From positions 7,626,001-7,690,000 of the forward strand of contig NC_086108.1 of assembly GCF_963921235.1 (NCBI RefSeq): a stretch of 64,000 bases of DNA, in the 5' to 3' direction. Under the pieces are notes generated by a model. The model was not told the origin of the DNA. It saw nothing but the letters and a program-made list of their open reading frames with translations, and searched no databases. Shown here piece after piece: positions 13,161-25,999 of the stretch (position 1 is its first letter; the number at the start of each line of letters is the position of its first letter). The stretch comes from Mobula hypostoma (lineage: Eukaryota). The position numbers were made by a program, and so were the translations under genes.

Positions 13161-13332
13161 AATTAAATAAGTAGTGCAAAAATGGATTAAAAAGTAGCAA
13201 GGTAGTGCTCATGGGTTCAATGTCCATTCAGAAATTGGATGGCAGAGGGGAAGAAGCTGTTCCTGAATCGTTGAGTGTGTGCCTTCATGCTTCTGTACCT
13301 CCTTCCTGATGAGAAGAGCACATGTCCTGGAT

Positions 13333-13589
13333 CCTCCTTCCTAGCGTGTCGCACCAGACAGTCAGCCATTCTTGTCTGGCGCGTAGTGTCAGGATTGGTC
13401 TCCTTTTGGATTAACCGGGTCACGATATGAACGTTCCTGGCTCGACCCTTGTTTTTTACGAGGCTAAGTGGCTAACCCAGCACGGATGGAAAGCGTGCCC
13501 GGGAGCTGGCCCGACTTGGACTCGAACTCAAACTCGGGAGCCTTCACTCCGAAGTCCGGCACTGATGCCACTGCGCTACCAACCGGCCA
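13333..13589 (-). mobile_element. 257-bp tRNA-derived SINE with 11-bp TSD
   Basis: A box TAGCGCAGTGG and B box GTTCGAGTCC on the minus strand; TSD ATGTCCTGGAT at 13322-13332 and 13590-13600, inside a Rex1-like remnant. Confidence 0.88.
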
Positions 13590-14133
13590 ATGTCCTGGAT
13601 GATGGGGGTTCTTAATGAGGGATACTGCCTTTTTGAGACACCACTCCTTAAAGATGTCCTTGATGCTATGAAGGCTAGTGCTCATGATGGGCTGATTAAT
13701 TTTACAACTCTCTGCAGCTTACTTCGATCCTGTGCTGTTGCCATCCCCACACCAAGTGGTGATGCCGCCAGTTACTGAGGTTACAGAGAAAAACACATGA
13801 TTTCTGATGCTACAGGTGTTTTTCTCTTATGTTTACTCTGCACTAATTAACACTGCAAAGCTGTTAAAATCTTGAATAGTGCAGAAGAGCCCAGGCCAGC
13901 TGCCAGCATAGACTCCTTGCTGAGAATTGAATAGAGCCAACCAGATAGGGGAAGTCAAGATAAACAGGCACATAAGCCCAGCACTTAAGGGCAATTATGA
14001 AGAAGGCACAGCACTTCCTTAGGGCTCAGCAGCGATTTGGCATGATATCTAAAACTTTGACAAACATCTATGGTTGTGTAACAGCGAGAATATTGACTGG
14101 TTGCATCTCAGCCTAATACTGAAACACTAAAGC

Positions 14134-14584
14134 AGGCTGCAGGCTGAGGGTAGCAAACACCAAAAGAATCAAACTCATTCGTAAGGCCAGTGATGTTGTG
14201 GGGATGGAACTGGACTCTCTGACGGTGGTGTCTGAAAAGAGGATGCTGTCCAAGTTGCATGCCATCTTGGACAATGTCTCCCATCCACTACATAATGTAC
14301 TGGTTGGGCACAGGAGTACATTCAGCCAGAGACTCATTCCACCGAGATGCAGCACAGAGCGTCATAGGAAGTCATTCCTGCCTGTGGCCATCAAACTTTA
14401 CAACTCCTCCCTTGGAGGGTCAGACACCCTGAGTCAATAGGCTGGTCCTGGACTTATTTCCTGGCATAAATTACATATTACTATTTAACTATTTATGGTT
14501 TTATTACTATTTATTATTTATGGTGCAATTGTAATGAAACCAATTTCCCCTGGGATCAATAAAGTATGACTATAACTACGACTA
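14134..14584 (+). mobile_element. Second copy of the young LINE 3' fragment
   Basis: Near-identical to 12720-13155; flanked by TAAAGC on both sides within an older Rex1-like remnant. Confidence 0.8.
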
Positions 14585-15071
14585 TAAAGCCCTTGAAGGG
14601 AAAATCCTACAAAAAGTAGTAGATACAGTCCAGTCCATCGGGGCAAAGCCCTCCCTCCAACTGAGCACATCTATACGAAACGCTGTCACAGGAAAGCAGC
14701 ACCCATCATCAGGGACACCTCCCCCACCCCCAACCACCATAGACATGCTCTCTTTCCTCTGCTGCCATCAGGAAGAAGGTACAGGAGCCTCAGGATCCTC
14801 ACCACCAGGTTCAGGAACAGTTATTACCCCTCAACCATCTTGAACCATAGGGGATAACTTCATTCAACTTCACTTTCCCCCATCACTGAGATGATCTCAC
14901 AACCAGTGGACTCACTTTCAAGGACTCTTCATCTCATGTTCTCAATATTTATTACTTATTTATTATTACTATTTATTCTTCTTGTAATTTGCACAGTTTG
15001 TTGTCTTCTGCACTCTGGTTGAGCATCCAAATTGGGCAGTCTTTCTTTGATTCTGTTATGGTTATTATTCT

Positions 15072-15257
15072 TTTTTTAAAATCTTTTTATTAGTTTTCAA
15101 GTTCACAAACATAATAGCAATAGTGATAGGAAGAGATTGGAATTACATTATTGCTAATAAACATATACAAGAGAAACTACAAATAGCACAAGTGTAATAA
15201 ACTTCCAAACTCTTGATATAATTAATCATGAAGAGAAAAAAAATGAAAAGAAAAAAA
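15072..15257 (-). mobile_element. Short poly(A)-type retro-insertion (L1-like 3' end) with 14-bp TSD
   Basis: Exact TSD ATGGTTATTATTCT at 15058-15071 and 15258-15271; the minus strand ends AATAAAAAGATTTTAAAAAA. Confidence 0.75.
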
Positions 15258-15440
15258 ATGGTTATTATTCTATGGATTTATTGAGTATGCCCACAAGAAA
15301 ATGAATCTAAGGGTTGTGTATGTTGACATAAATGTACTTTGATAATAAAATTTACTTTGAACTTTGAATAGGTGAAGCTTTGCAAAATGTACTCCAAAAA
15401 AGCGAGGCAATGCAAACACCTAAGGAATTCTTTATACAAT

Positions 15441-16095
15441 GAGGAGGCGGGAGGAGAAGATGGCAGCGCCATGCAGCGCGCGCGGCCGCTCCGAATGATA
15501 TCGTATGTGTTAACTAGGGGTTGTGCACAATCCTGATTTGATGGAGACAGCCGTGAGAAGCACAGAGGAACACCTGGAGAAACTTCTGAAATGCCCGCTT
15601 CGCTGCCGCTGCTACTGCGCGATCGAGAATCTCTGGAGGGGAAGGCCCCAAATCCTCGGCTTTGCCTACTGCCTCATGCCGGAGCCGGCGTTGAGGCGCT
15701 CAGTGTCGGAGGCTCGGAGTTTTCAGACGGACTCGAGAGGTGGCTGTGGTCGGGTGCTTCCAGGGTGCTGCATCGGCAAGTTTGCAGCGCTGGAGGTTCA
15801 TGGCAGGAAGAGTTTTTTTTCTTCCTTCTACCGTCTGCGTGAGATGATGGGACTTTCGAGAGACTTTGAGACTTTTTTTTTTACCGTACCCACGGTCTGT
15901 TCTTCATCAAATTACGGTATTGCTTTGCACTGTTGTAACTATCTGTTATAATTATGTGGTTTTTGTCAGTTTTTCAGTCGGTTTGTCTTGTGTTTCTGTG
16001 ATATCATTCTGGAGGAACATTGTATCATTTCTTAATGCATGCATTACTAAATGGCAATAAAAGAGGACTGCGTGTCCTCATAATCTAATCTAATC
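15441..16095 (+). mobile_element. CpG-rich non-coding retroelement with (TAATC)n tail
   Basis: Starts ggaggagAAGATGGCagcg with a CpG-dense 5' half; AATAAA followed by taatctaatctaatc; acaat occurs on both flanks. Confidence 0.7.
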
Positions 16096-16999
16096 ACACA
16101 ATCTCTGCTCTGTTTATAACCTTCATCTACAGCAAATAGGCTGCTCATTAGAAATGCTCCTGTAAAGGCAAGAAGCCTTTGAAAGTACTGAACAATTATT
16201 TCTCCATGTTTATTTCATTCCTCCACTTGCATAAGAAATTGTAGAGCTGGCAGGATTGGATCTGTATAACTTAAAATCAGTATCTGAGGCGGGATGGAGG
16301 TATATCTCAACCAAAAGAGGTGTAAGGGGCTCCTTCCCTCTGCTAGCCTGCAGGTCACCCTTGGGGAAGGTGTAGCACCTGCTTTGCCCCCGATCAGGGT
16401 CACATGAAGCCACGGGAGCAGGTAGTAGGTGGTGCGTATCACAAGTCCTGGTTATGATGCTATGCAGGCAAACTCTGAAATGAACCTCAGGGTAGTAGAT
16501 AATGACATATATGAACTTTTGATAATAAATTTACTTTGAATTTTACTATATGGTATCAGTGATTTAAAGACAAGAGTTTTAAATTTATGGATTTTGGGAT
16601 CCATAAGATGTCAACAGCAAGAATTGAGAGGTAAAGTGGGAGCAGAGAGCATGGAAAGAACTTGAATAATATACGGGCAGTATACTAGAGGGCAATCTTC
16701 TTCATTAGAAGTGTGCAGTTTGCAATGGACCATTTTAATAATTGATCATCATCATAGCTATAATCTTCTCTGTATGTGCTACAATGTTTGGTCTTAGCAA
16801 TATTGATTAAGGAGGATTACCTCTGAATTTTCACAATCAGAATTTGGACAATCCCACAAATGCCAATTAGCTCCAGATAATCCAGCTCGATAATGAAGAT
16901 CAGCCTAACTCATTTGTGTTAAATAGATTATGTCTCATGAAAACACCCTACAAAGTATTACTTGTCAATTGCTACACTAATACATTAGGAGTGATAAGA

Positions 17000-17590
17000 C
17001 AGGAGTTCCTTAAGGTTGCTATAGCCAGGGGTGGTAATGGGGATAAGCTTCCACTACCTTTTCAATGTTCCCAATGGTGTACACCTAAAATAGCCTTTGA
17101 CAACCAAGTCCAGCTCCTGGCCTTTACATATGGCTTAGCTACTAAGCCTGGCGGAACCATTTCTACTGACAGGTGAAGGGGCAAAGGTGGGTCATTGGTG
17201 CTTTAAAACCAGTCACTCTGGGCAGATGGGACTCATCAGCTGTAGCTCATGGTAGCTCATCTAGGAGAACTCTGATCTCAAATCTCTGCTGCCTTGCAGC
17301 TATAGCCACTCATGGGTAAGGCTTCGGGAGTAAATCCAGAGGGAGAAATCTGGAGCTGGAGTCCCTAAGGCAGTCCTACATTGAATTCAGTGCTGACTGG
17401 CAACTCCTGCGATGCTGCTGGTGCCAAACTGTATCATCTCTGCCGTTCCCTTGGATTTATAGATGGGTGGAGAGGGGGAACTTGTTACATGGGCAACAGC
17501 TTGCTCTCCATATCGTACTGCCCTGGCTTGCATATCTAGACAGCCAGGACACAATGTCCATGGTTAACCCTGACCAATGGAAGCCTCAGA
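17000..17590 (+). repeat. Interspersed repeat, probably derived from an RTE 5' UTR; further copies at 20200-20437 and 37383-37760
   Basis: Three collinear copies sharing gggtggtaatgggga...cccactacc...gacaaccaagtccagctcctggcc. Confidence 0.7.
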
Positions 17591-20453
17591 TAATACAGAA
17601 AATCAGAATGATGATAAGACAAGAAAACATGAATAAATAAAAAGTAGTCATAACTTGATACCATCAAGGTGGGAGCGGATGGTGAGTGGGTGTTCAGTAC
17701 TGTCTACCAGCCTGTTGTTCCCTGCTGCCAGTAGAAAGTCCCTGCGTTTGAATGGTCTCTCGCTCAAGGCCACCAGGTGACTGTACTGGAGTCCTTAGTC
17801 TTGGGCAAGATTTAATTGACATGGTTTGGCCTCTACAGTTCACAATATGGTGTGTTTCTGGTCGCTCCTTTCGTTTGTTGCTATTTTGATTGGCCTGCAG
17901 ATAATGAATGACATAACTCTAGATTGAACTGAACTGAATATGCTTGAACTTTTTTGATTTTTGTGTTTTATATTCAGTGTCTTTTGCTCCTATTTTTGCT
18001 GCTTGCACGGTTTATTTATTTGTGTGTGTGGGGGGGTGGTTTGATGATTTTCTTTGAACGGGTTCCATGTTTCTTGTTTGTTTTGTAGCTGTCAGCGGGA
18101 AGCAAGATCTCAAGAGTTGCATGCTGCATACAATCTTTGCTGAAGAGGCCTGTCATGGCTTCCATGACAGATGGCACAAATTTAATTAAATAAATTCTCC
18201 CCATTTTCTCATTTCTCCCCATCTCTGAAACATCCTGCAGTGTTCCGAGATCTCTGCCCTCCACCAAGTTTCTTTGTTACGCACACCTCAGTTTAATTCA
18301 CTCTACTATCAACTGGAGGTCCTTCAATAGTGGCCCTAAGGTCTGGGATTCACCCCCTACTTCTCTCTCTTCTTTTCAAATACCCAATATCTTACGCTTT
18401 CACTAAGCTTTTAGTCACCTTTCCTGATATTTCTTATACCATTCCAGATCAACCTAGAATTTCATGACCAAAAATCTGAGGTGCAAAGGGACCTTACTTG
18501 GGAGCCCTTGTGCAGGATTTGCTAAAGGTTAATTTGCAGGTTGAGTCGGCAGTGAGGAAGGCAAATGTGATGTTAGCATTCATTTCGAGAAGGACTAGAA
18601 TATAAAATAAGGGTGTAATGTTAAGGCTTTATAAGGCACTGGTGAGGCCACACGGAATATTGTGAGCAGTTTTGGGTCTCTTATACAGGAAGAGATGTGC
18701 TGACATTGGAGAGGATTCAAAGGAGGTTCACAAAAATGATTCTGGGCTTGAAAGGCATTCAATGGCTCTGGGCCTGTACTCACTGGAATTCAGAAGAATG
18801 AGGGGGATCTCATTCAAAATCCATCAAATGCTGAAAGACCTCAACAGAGTGCATGTGGAAAGGATGTTTCCTATGCTGGGGGAGACTAAGACCAGAGGAC
18901 ACAGCCTCAGAGTAAAGGGACGTCCATTTGTCATGGAGATGAGAAGGAATTTCTTTAGCCAGAGAGTAATGAATCTGTGGGATTCACACCCCTGGCTGAC
19001 ACCGCCCATGCTCAAGTGTAGAGAATCATATTCGCGGAGGGCCAGCAGAACTGAACTAACCTAGCATTTATGAGAGAAAGGTAACAACAACACTGGGTAT
19101 CCTTCAGAAGGCTGCAGTCTATGAACATCTTAAATGTGCATTTATCCCTATACATTGTGAGTATAATGGTTATCTGATTTGCTTTGGGAATTTAAACTAG
19201 GTGATTGAGGGGAGACTTGATAGAGGTATACAAAATTATGAGGAGTCTGGATAGGATAAATGCAAACAGACTTTTTCCACTGAGGTTTGGTGGGACTACA
19301 ACTAGAGGTTGTGGGTTAAGGCTGAAAGATGAAAAGTTTAAGGGGAACATGAGGGAAACTTCTTCACTCAGAGGGTATGAGCTGCCAGCGCAAGTGGCGC
19401 ATGTGAGTTCGATTTCAGTAGTTAAGAGAAGTTTGGATAGGTATATGATTCGTGGGGGTATGGCAGGCTATGGTCCAGGAGCAACTCAATGGGGGTAGGC
19501 AGCTTAAATGGTTTGGCACAGACTAGATGGGCCAAAAGGCCTGTTTTTGTGCTGTACTTTTCTATGACTCTCTAACACTGTGGCATCTCCCTCTGCAGCG
19601 AAAAGAAAAACAAAGTGAAAAGGAAATACATAGCATTAATCTCAAGGCTATAATCTCATTGAGTCCTGAGCCCTCTTCGTACACAGAACGTTATTGGAAC
19701 TCCTCAATAAAATTCCGCATTCTTGGAAAAGTTAGGTCTGACAAGGATATGGAAAACATGGGTACTCTAAAAGCTGATGTAGGTACAAAGGTAGACTAAG
19801 AGCAGAATTCTTTGGATTTAAAGTCAGCATTTGTGTTAAATAGGAAACCAAGGAGCCTGTAACCCAGTCTGAGCTCATATGGCTGTTGTGAGCTTTGCTG
19901 CTTGCTATTTAGGTCATCGTTTTAATCTCTCAATCAGATGTTGTGCTCTAACCATCACAGCGGGTCTATTATTATTCAACTCCAGAGTCCTTCAGCCTTC
20001 CATTTGAATCTTTGGACTTATTTTCTTAGGAATACAGCTTTAAAAGTTATTTAATGGCAATGTTTTGTATCTAAATCAATTTGCATCAGAAACAAGTCAC
20101 AATGGAGTCAGTTCACTTCAGTACTCTCAAATACAATGGGCAGCCCAATCAGTTCTTTATTTCTCAGCATGCATTCATAGAAATAAGTACAATTATAAGG
20201 CAGGTGTTCCTTAAGGTTGTTATAGCTGTGGGTGGTAATGGGGACAAGCTCCCACTACCTATTAAATGTTCCCAATGACGTGTGCCTCAAATAGCCTCTG
20301 ACAACCAAGACCAGCTCCTGGTCTTCACATGTGGCTTAGCTACTCAGCCTGGCAGAACAGTTTCTACTGACAGGAGAAGGGCAAAGGCAGGTTACTGCCT
20401 CCCGAAAACCAGTTGCTTTGGGCAGATAGGGCTCCTCAACGTGCCAATATTTA

Positions 20454-21688
20454 CAAACCCCATTTCCAGAAAAGTTGGGATATTTTCCAAAATGCAATAA
20501 AAACAAAAAATCAGTGATATGTTAATTCACGTGAACCTTTATTTAACTGACAAAAGTACAAAGAAAAGATTTTCAATAGTTTTAGTGACCAACTTAATTG
20601 TATTTTGTAAACGTACACAAATTTAGAATTTGATGGCTGCAACACACTCAACAAAAGTTGGGACAGAGGCATGTTTACCATTGTGTTACATCACTTTTCC
20701 TTTTAATAACACTTCTTAAACGTTTTGGAACTGAGGATAATAATTGTAGTAGATTTGCAATTGGAAATTTTGTTCATTCTTGCTTAATATAAGACTTCAG
20801 CTGCTCAACAGTCCGTGGTCTCCGTTGTCTGATTTTCCTCTTCATGATGCGCCATACATTTTCAATAGGAGATAGATCTGGTCTGGCAGCAGGCCAGTCA
20901 AGCACACGCACTCTGTGTCTACAAAGCCACGCTGTTGTAGCCTGTGCAGAATGTGGTCTGGCATTGTCCTGCTGAAATAAGCATGGACGTCCCAGGAAGA
21001 GACGTCGCTTTGATGCCAACATATGTCTCTCTAAAATTCTAATAATACGCCTCAGAGTCAATGGTACCTTCACATACATGCAACTCATCCATGCCGTGGG
21101 CACTGATGCACCCCTATACCATCACAGATGCTGGCTTTTGCACCTTTCACTGATAACAATCTGGATGGTCGTTTTCATCTTTGGCACGGAGAACTCGACA
21201 CCCGTTTTTTCCGAAAACTAGCTGAAATGTGGAATCATCTGACCACAGCACACGGTTCCACAGTCTTTCAGTCCATCTGAGATGAGCTCAGGCCCAGAGA
21301 ACTCGCCGGCGTTTCTGCATAGAGTTGATGTATGGCTTCCTCCTTGCGTAATACAGTTTCAAGTTGCATTTCTGGATGCAGCGATGGACTGTGTTGAGTG
21401 ACAATGGTTTTCCAAAGTACTCCCGAGCCCAGGTGGCTATAGTTGTCACAGTAGCATTTTCTGTGCACTTTTCAATCTTATTTTAACTCTGTCCCAACTT
21501 TTGTTGAGTGTGTTGCAGCCATCAAATTCTAAATTTGTGTATGTTTACAAAATACAATTAAGTTGGTCAGTAAATCTATTGAAAATCTTTTCTTTGTACT
21601 TTTGTCAGTTAAATAAAAGCTCATATCACAGATTTTTGTTTTTATTGCATTTTGGAAAATATCCCAACTGTTCTGGAAATGGGGTTTG
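20454..21688 (-). mobile_element. Internally deleted Tc1 transposon (DD34E) with ~200-bp TIRs
   Basis: TA|CAAACCCCATTTCCAGAAAAGTTGGGA ... TCCCAACTGTTCTGGAAATGGGGTTTG|TA; inner repeat AAAAGTTGGGAC; peptide FQQDNARPHS-(34)-PDLSPIENVW; the N-terminal coding region is missing. Confidence 0.95.
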
Positions 21689-22214
21689 TACAAAATTATA
21701 TGTACAAGGAAACACAATAATAGCTCTGTACTTATTCTTGTCCAGAGTGTGTGAACTCCTGGCAGCCCCTATCTTTCCCTTTTACTGAGGGCAAAGAGAT
21801 TTTTATTTGGCACTACAACATACCATCTTTAATTACCCACAAGGCTAACTTCAGACTACACATGAATCAGAATATGATGCACCCCACAATGAGTTACAGT
21901 CATATTACAAAATAAACAGAAGTATCTATCTTAATACAATAAACAAACAACATGTACACATCCCAATTACTACAGAAGACATTCAGCTCGACTTGTCCAT
22001 GCAACTGTGTTGTCCAGTGAGCTAGTCCCATCGGGCTATAGACCTCTAAACCCCTCCTCCATATGCACTTATCTAGATCACTTTTGAATGTTGTTAATGT
22101 GCCCACTTCAGTCATTATTCCTGACAGCTCTATCCATTTTTCATGTGCAGAAGTTGCCTCTAATATCCCTTTTAAATCTCTTGTGTCTGATCTCTAACGC
22201 ATATCTGACTCTTG

Positions 22215-23130
22215 GGTTAGTAAGTTTGCTCATGACACAAAGGTTGGAGGTGTTGTGGAGGTCTGTCAGAGGTTACAGTGGGACATTGACAGGATGCAAA
22301 ACTGGGCTGAGAAGTGGCAGATGGAGTGCAACCCAGATAAGTGTGAGGTGGTTCATTTTGGTAGGTCAAATATGATGGCAGAATAGTCATAGTCATAGTA
22401 TTAATGGTAAGACTCTTGGCAGTGTGGAGGATCAGAGGGATCTTGGGGTCCGAGTCCATAGGACGCTCAAAGCATCTGCGCAGGATGACTCTGTGGTTAA
22501 GAAGGCATACGGTACATTGGCTTCATCAATCGTGGGTTGAGTTTAAGAGCCAATAGGTAATGTTGCAGCTTAATAGGACCCTGGTCAGACCCCACTTGGA
22601 GTACTGTGCTCAGTTCTGGTCGCCTCACTACAGGAAGGATGTGGAAACCATAGAAAGGGTGCAGAGGAGATTTACAAGGATATTGCCCGGATTGGGGAGC
22701 ATACCTTATGAAAACAGGTTGAGTGAACTCGGCCTTTTCTCCTTGGAGCGACGGAGGATGAGAGGTGACCTGATAGAGGTGTATAAGATAATGAGAGGCA
22801 TTGATTTTGTGGATAGTCAGAGGCTTTTTCCCAGGGCTGAAATGGCTGCCACAAAAAGACACAGGTTTAAGGTGCTGGGGAGCAGGTACAGAGGAGATGT
22901 CAGGGGTAAGTTTTTTTTACGCAGAGTGGTGAGTACATGGAATGGGCTGCTGGCAATGGTGGTGGAGGTGGATATGACAGGGTCTTTTAAGAGACTTTTG
23001 GATAGGTACATGGAGCTTAGAAAAATAGAGGGCTATGGGTAAGCCTAGTAATTTCTAAGGTAGGGATATGTTCGGCACAACTTTCCTGGGCCGAAGGGCC
23101 TGTATTGTGCTGTAGGTTTTCTATGTTTCT
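22215..23130 (+). mobile_element. CR1 LINE 3' fragment
   Basis: LVRPHLEYCAQFWSPHYRKDV...RGDLIEVYKIM; tail tttctatgtttct. Confidence 0.92.
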
Positions 23131-24107
23131 TTTTAGTACCCCATTCCTATGTGCCTTCAATCTGGTCCCTGCCCATCATTATCCTATTACATACCCCTAT
23201 ATCAGGAGTTACCAACCTTTCTTAATCCATGGATCAATACCAATTGAGCAAGTAGTCAGTGGACTCCTGCTTTATACAAGTGATCCCTCAATCTCTTACG
23301 TTCTAAGGAATAAACACAACCTCTTCCCCACCCCTCCCCCCCGCCCCAGGCAAAGTCCAGTCAATATCCAGGTAAATCTTCTCTGCACACTCTCTCTCTC
23401 TCGCTCGCTCGCTCGCTCTAGTTTAATAACATTTTTCCCCAAAACAAGACAAGCAGAACTATATGCAATACTCAAAGTGTGGCCCCACCAACATCCCAAA
23501 CTGCAGTACAACCTCTCAGAACCGATGAAGGCCAGCATGTTCTTAAATCCCCTAAGATTCTGTCACTAATCTATACACTTCTAACAGTTTACAATGCACA
23601 ATTGAAATGCAACTAGCTTATTTTTTGGGGTGTGTGAGGAAGCCAGAGCACCCACACAGTTACAGGAGAAGATGCAAACCCCACACTAGGAGAAGCACAG
23701 GTTGGGATAGAACCTGAGTTGTTGGAGCCCTGAGGTAGCATCTCTGTGTATCATTCCTTCGCTGCCCATCGGACAACGCAGAACAGTGCATCATTGGAAC
23801 AGTTCCCTCGACCCATGATGTTATGCTGAACTAATTAGACTAGTAGTTAAGTACCGAACTAAACTAATCCCTTCTGCCTACACAACATCAGTACCCCTCC
23901 ATTCTCTCCCTACCTGAGAACCTCTATCAAACTTGTCTCCATAGGGCATTTCAGGTACCCACCACTCTGTTTTAAAAAGAATCCTTGCCCCATATCTAGG
24001 CTGGCCCACCATCCAGACCATGCTCTCTTCTCACTATTATCATCGAGCAGGTGGTATAGATACCTTAAGGTCCCAGACCACACTGGTATGGATAACATCT
24101 CTCACCT

Positions 24108-24300
24108 CAATGAGCCTTAGGTCCCACACCACCAGGTTCAGGAACAGTTATCACCCCACAACCATCAGGCTCCTGAACCAGTGTGGATAACTTCACTCAC
24201 CACAATGAGCCTCAGGTCCCACACCACCAGGTTCAGGAACAGTTATTACCCCACAACCATCAGGCTCCTGAACCAGCGTGGATAACTTCACTCACCACAA
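24108..24300 (+). repeat. 95-bp tandem duplication within a Rex1-like 3' end
   Basis: caatgagcc...ggataacttcactcacca starts at both 24108 and 24203. Confidence 0.85.
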
Positions 24301-24739
24301 CTCTGAATTGATTTCACAATCTACAGGCTCATTTTACAAGGGTCTACAACTCATGTTCTCAGTATCATTTATTTATTTATCTATCTATCTATCATAATCA
24401 TTAATTGTTTTTATTTGTATTTGCATAGTTTGTCTTCTTTTGCACCTTGGTCAATCTTTGTGTGTAGTTTTATACTGATTCTATTGTATTTCTTCATTCT
24501 ACTGTGAATGCCTGCAGGACAATATCAGGGTAGTATTTGGTGACATGCACGTACTTTGATTACAGGACAATTTACAATGACCAACTAACCTACTAACTGG
24601 TACGTCTTTGAACTGTGGGAGGAAACCAGAGCACCTGGAGGAAATCCATGGGTTCATAGGGGAGAACGTACAAAACTACTTACAGGCAGCAGTGGGAATT
24701 TACTTTGAACTTTGAAGCCTACCAGGTTTTCTAACTTTA

Positions 24740-25800
24740 AAAGTTCAAAGTAAATTTATTATCAAAGTACATATATGTCACCATATACAACTCTGAATTC
24801 ATTTTCTTGTGGGCATACTCAATAAATCCCGAACAGATTTAATACAGATACAGAACACAAAATGGATGTTCAACCAGTGTGTAAAAGACAACAATTCTGT
24901 GCAAATACAAAAAGGAAGAAATAATAATAATAAATAAGCAATAAATATTGAGAACATGAGATGAAAAGTCCTTGAAAATGAGTTAATAGCTTGTGGGAAT
25001 ATTTCAATGATGAGGTAAGTGAAGTTGAATGGTTATGCCCTTTGGTTCAGGAGCCTGATGGTGCAGGGGTAATAACTGTTCTTCAATCTGGTGGTGTAAG
25101 TCCTGAGACTCCTGTACCTTTTCCCTGATGGCAGCAGTGAGAAGAGAGCATGATCTGGGTGGTGGGGATCCCTGATGATGGATGTTGCTTTCTGGTGATA
25201 ACGTTTTATCTCAATAGTGGGGAGGGCTTTATCTGTGACGGGCTGGGTCAAATTCAGGACCTTTTGTAGGATTTTCTGTTCAAGGGGATTGGTACTTCCA
25301 TAACTGGCCATGATGCAGCCAGTCAATATACTCTCCATTACACATCTATAGAAGTCTGTCAAAGTTTTAGATGTCATGCCGAATCTTTCTAAGGAAGTAG
25401 AGGTGCTGCCGTGCTTCTTTTGTGATTGCATTTACGTGCAGGGCCTCTGAAATGATAACATCGAAGAATTTAAAGTTCCCTTTGATCTCCCAATGAGGAT
25501 TGGCAAGTGGACCTCCAGTTTCTTCCGACAGCAGTACTTGGTCCTGCTGGCAGTGAGAAGAGGTTGTTGTGGCACTGCTCGGCCAGATTTGCCATCTCCC
25601 TCCCTCAAGCTGGTTCATCACCACCTTTGATTCGGCCTACCACAGCGGTGTTCTCAGTAAACTTCAATCTGGCATTGGAGCTGTGCTTAACCACACAGTC
25701 ATAAGCAAGCAGAGCACTGCCTTGTGCTGATGGAGGTTACGGAGGAGATGTTGTTGCCAATCTGAACTGACAGGGATCTGCAAGTGAAGAAATCCAGAGT
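24740..25800 (-). mobile_element. Rex1/Babar-like LINE 3' fragment
   Basis: FYRCVMESILTGCI...DPHHPDHALFSLLPSGKRYRS. Confidence 0.85.
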
Positions 25801-25999
25801 CCAATTCCACCTTCCTCACAGACCTCTGTTTTCCTTAATACCTTGCGTACTTGGTGATTCGACGTATGATTTATGCCCAATTTATCTGTGGCTAAGGCAG
25901 TCACGGGTAGATAGCCACTCAGAATGCAGCAACAAAGCCAAGGTGTTGTGCCTAAGCCCTCACCCTCCCATTTCCAAGAATTGCAAAACACTATAGAGC

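Noticed and set aside
19560..19630. Strong polypyrimidine tract plus CAG acceptor on the SAE1 strand
   Set aside because: It leads straight into a CR1 tail, with no matching donor and no SAE1-like peptide.
20295..20350. Possible HDV-like ribozyme in the repeat at 17000/20200/37383 (TTCACRT loop-like word)
   Set aside because: I could not build P1/P3 pairings or the nested double pseudoknot in any of the three copies.
24108..24300. Direct repeats considered as a CRISPR-like array
   Set aside because: A plain tandem duplication of LINE sequence with no unique spacers, in a eukaryotic context.
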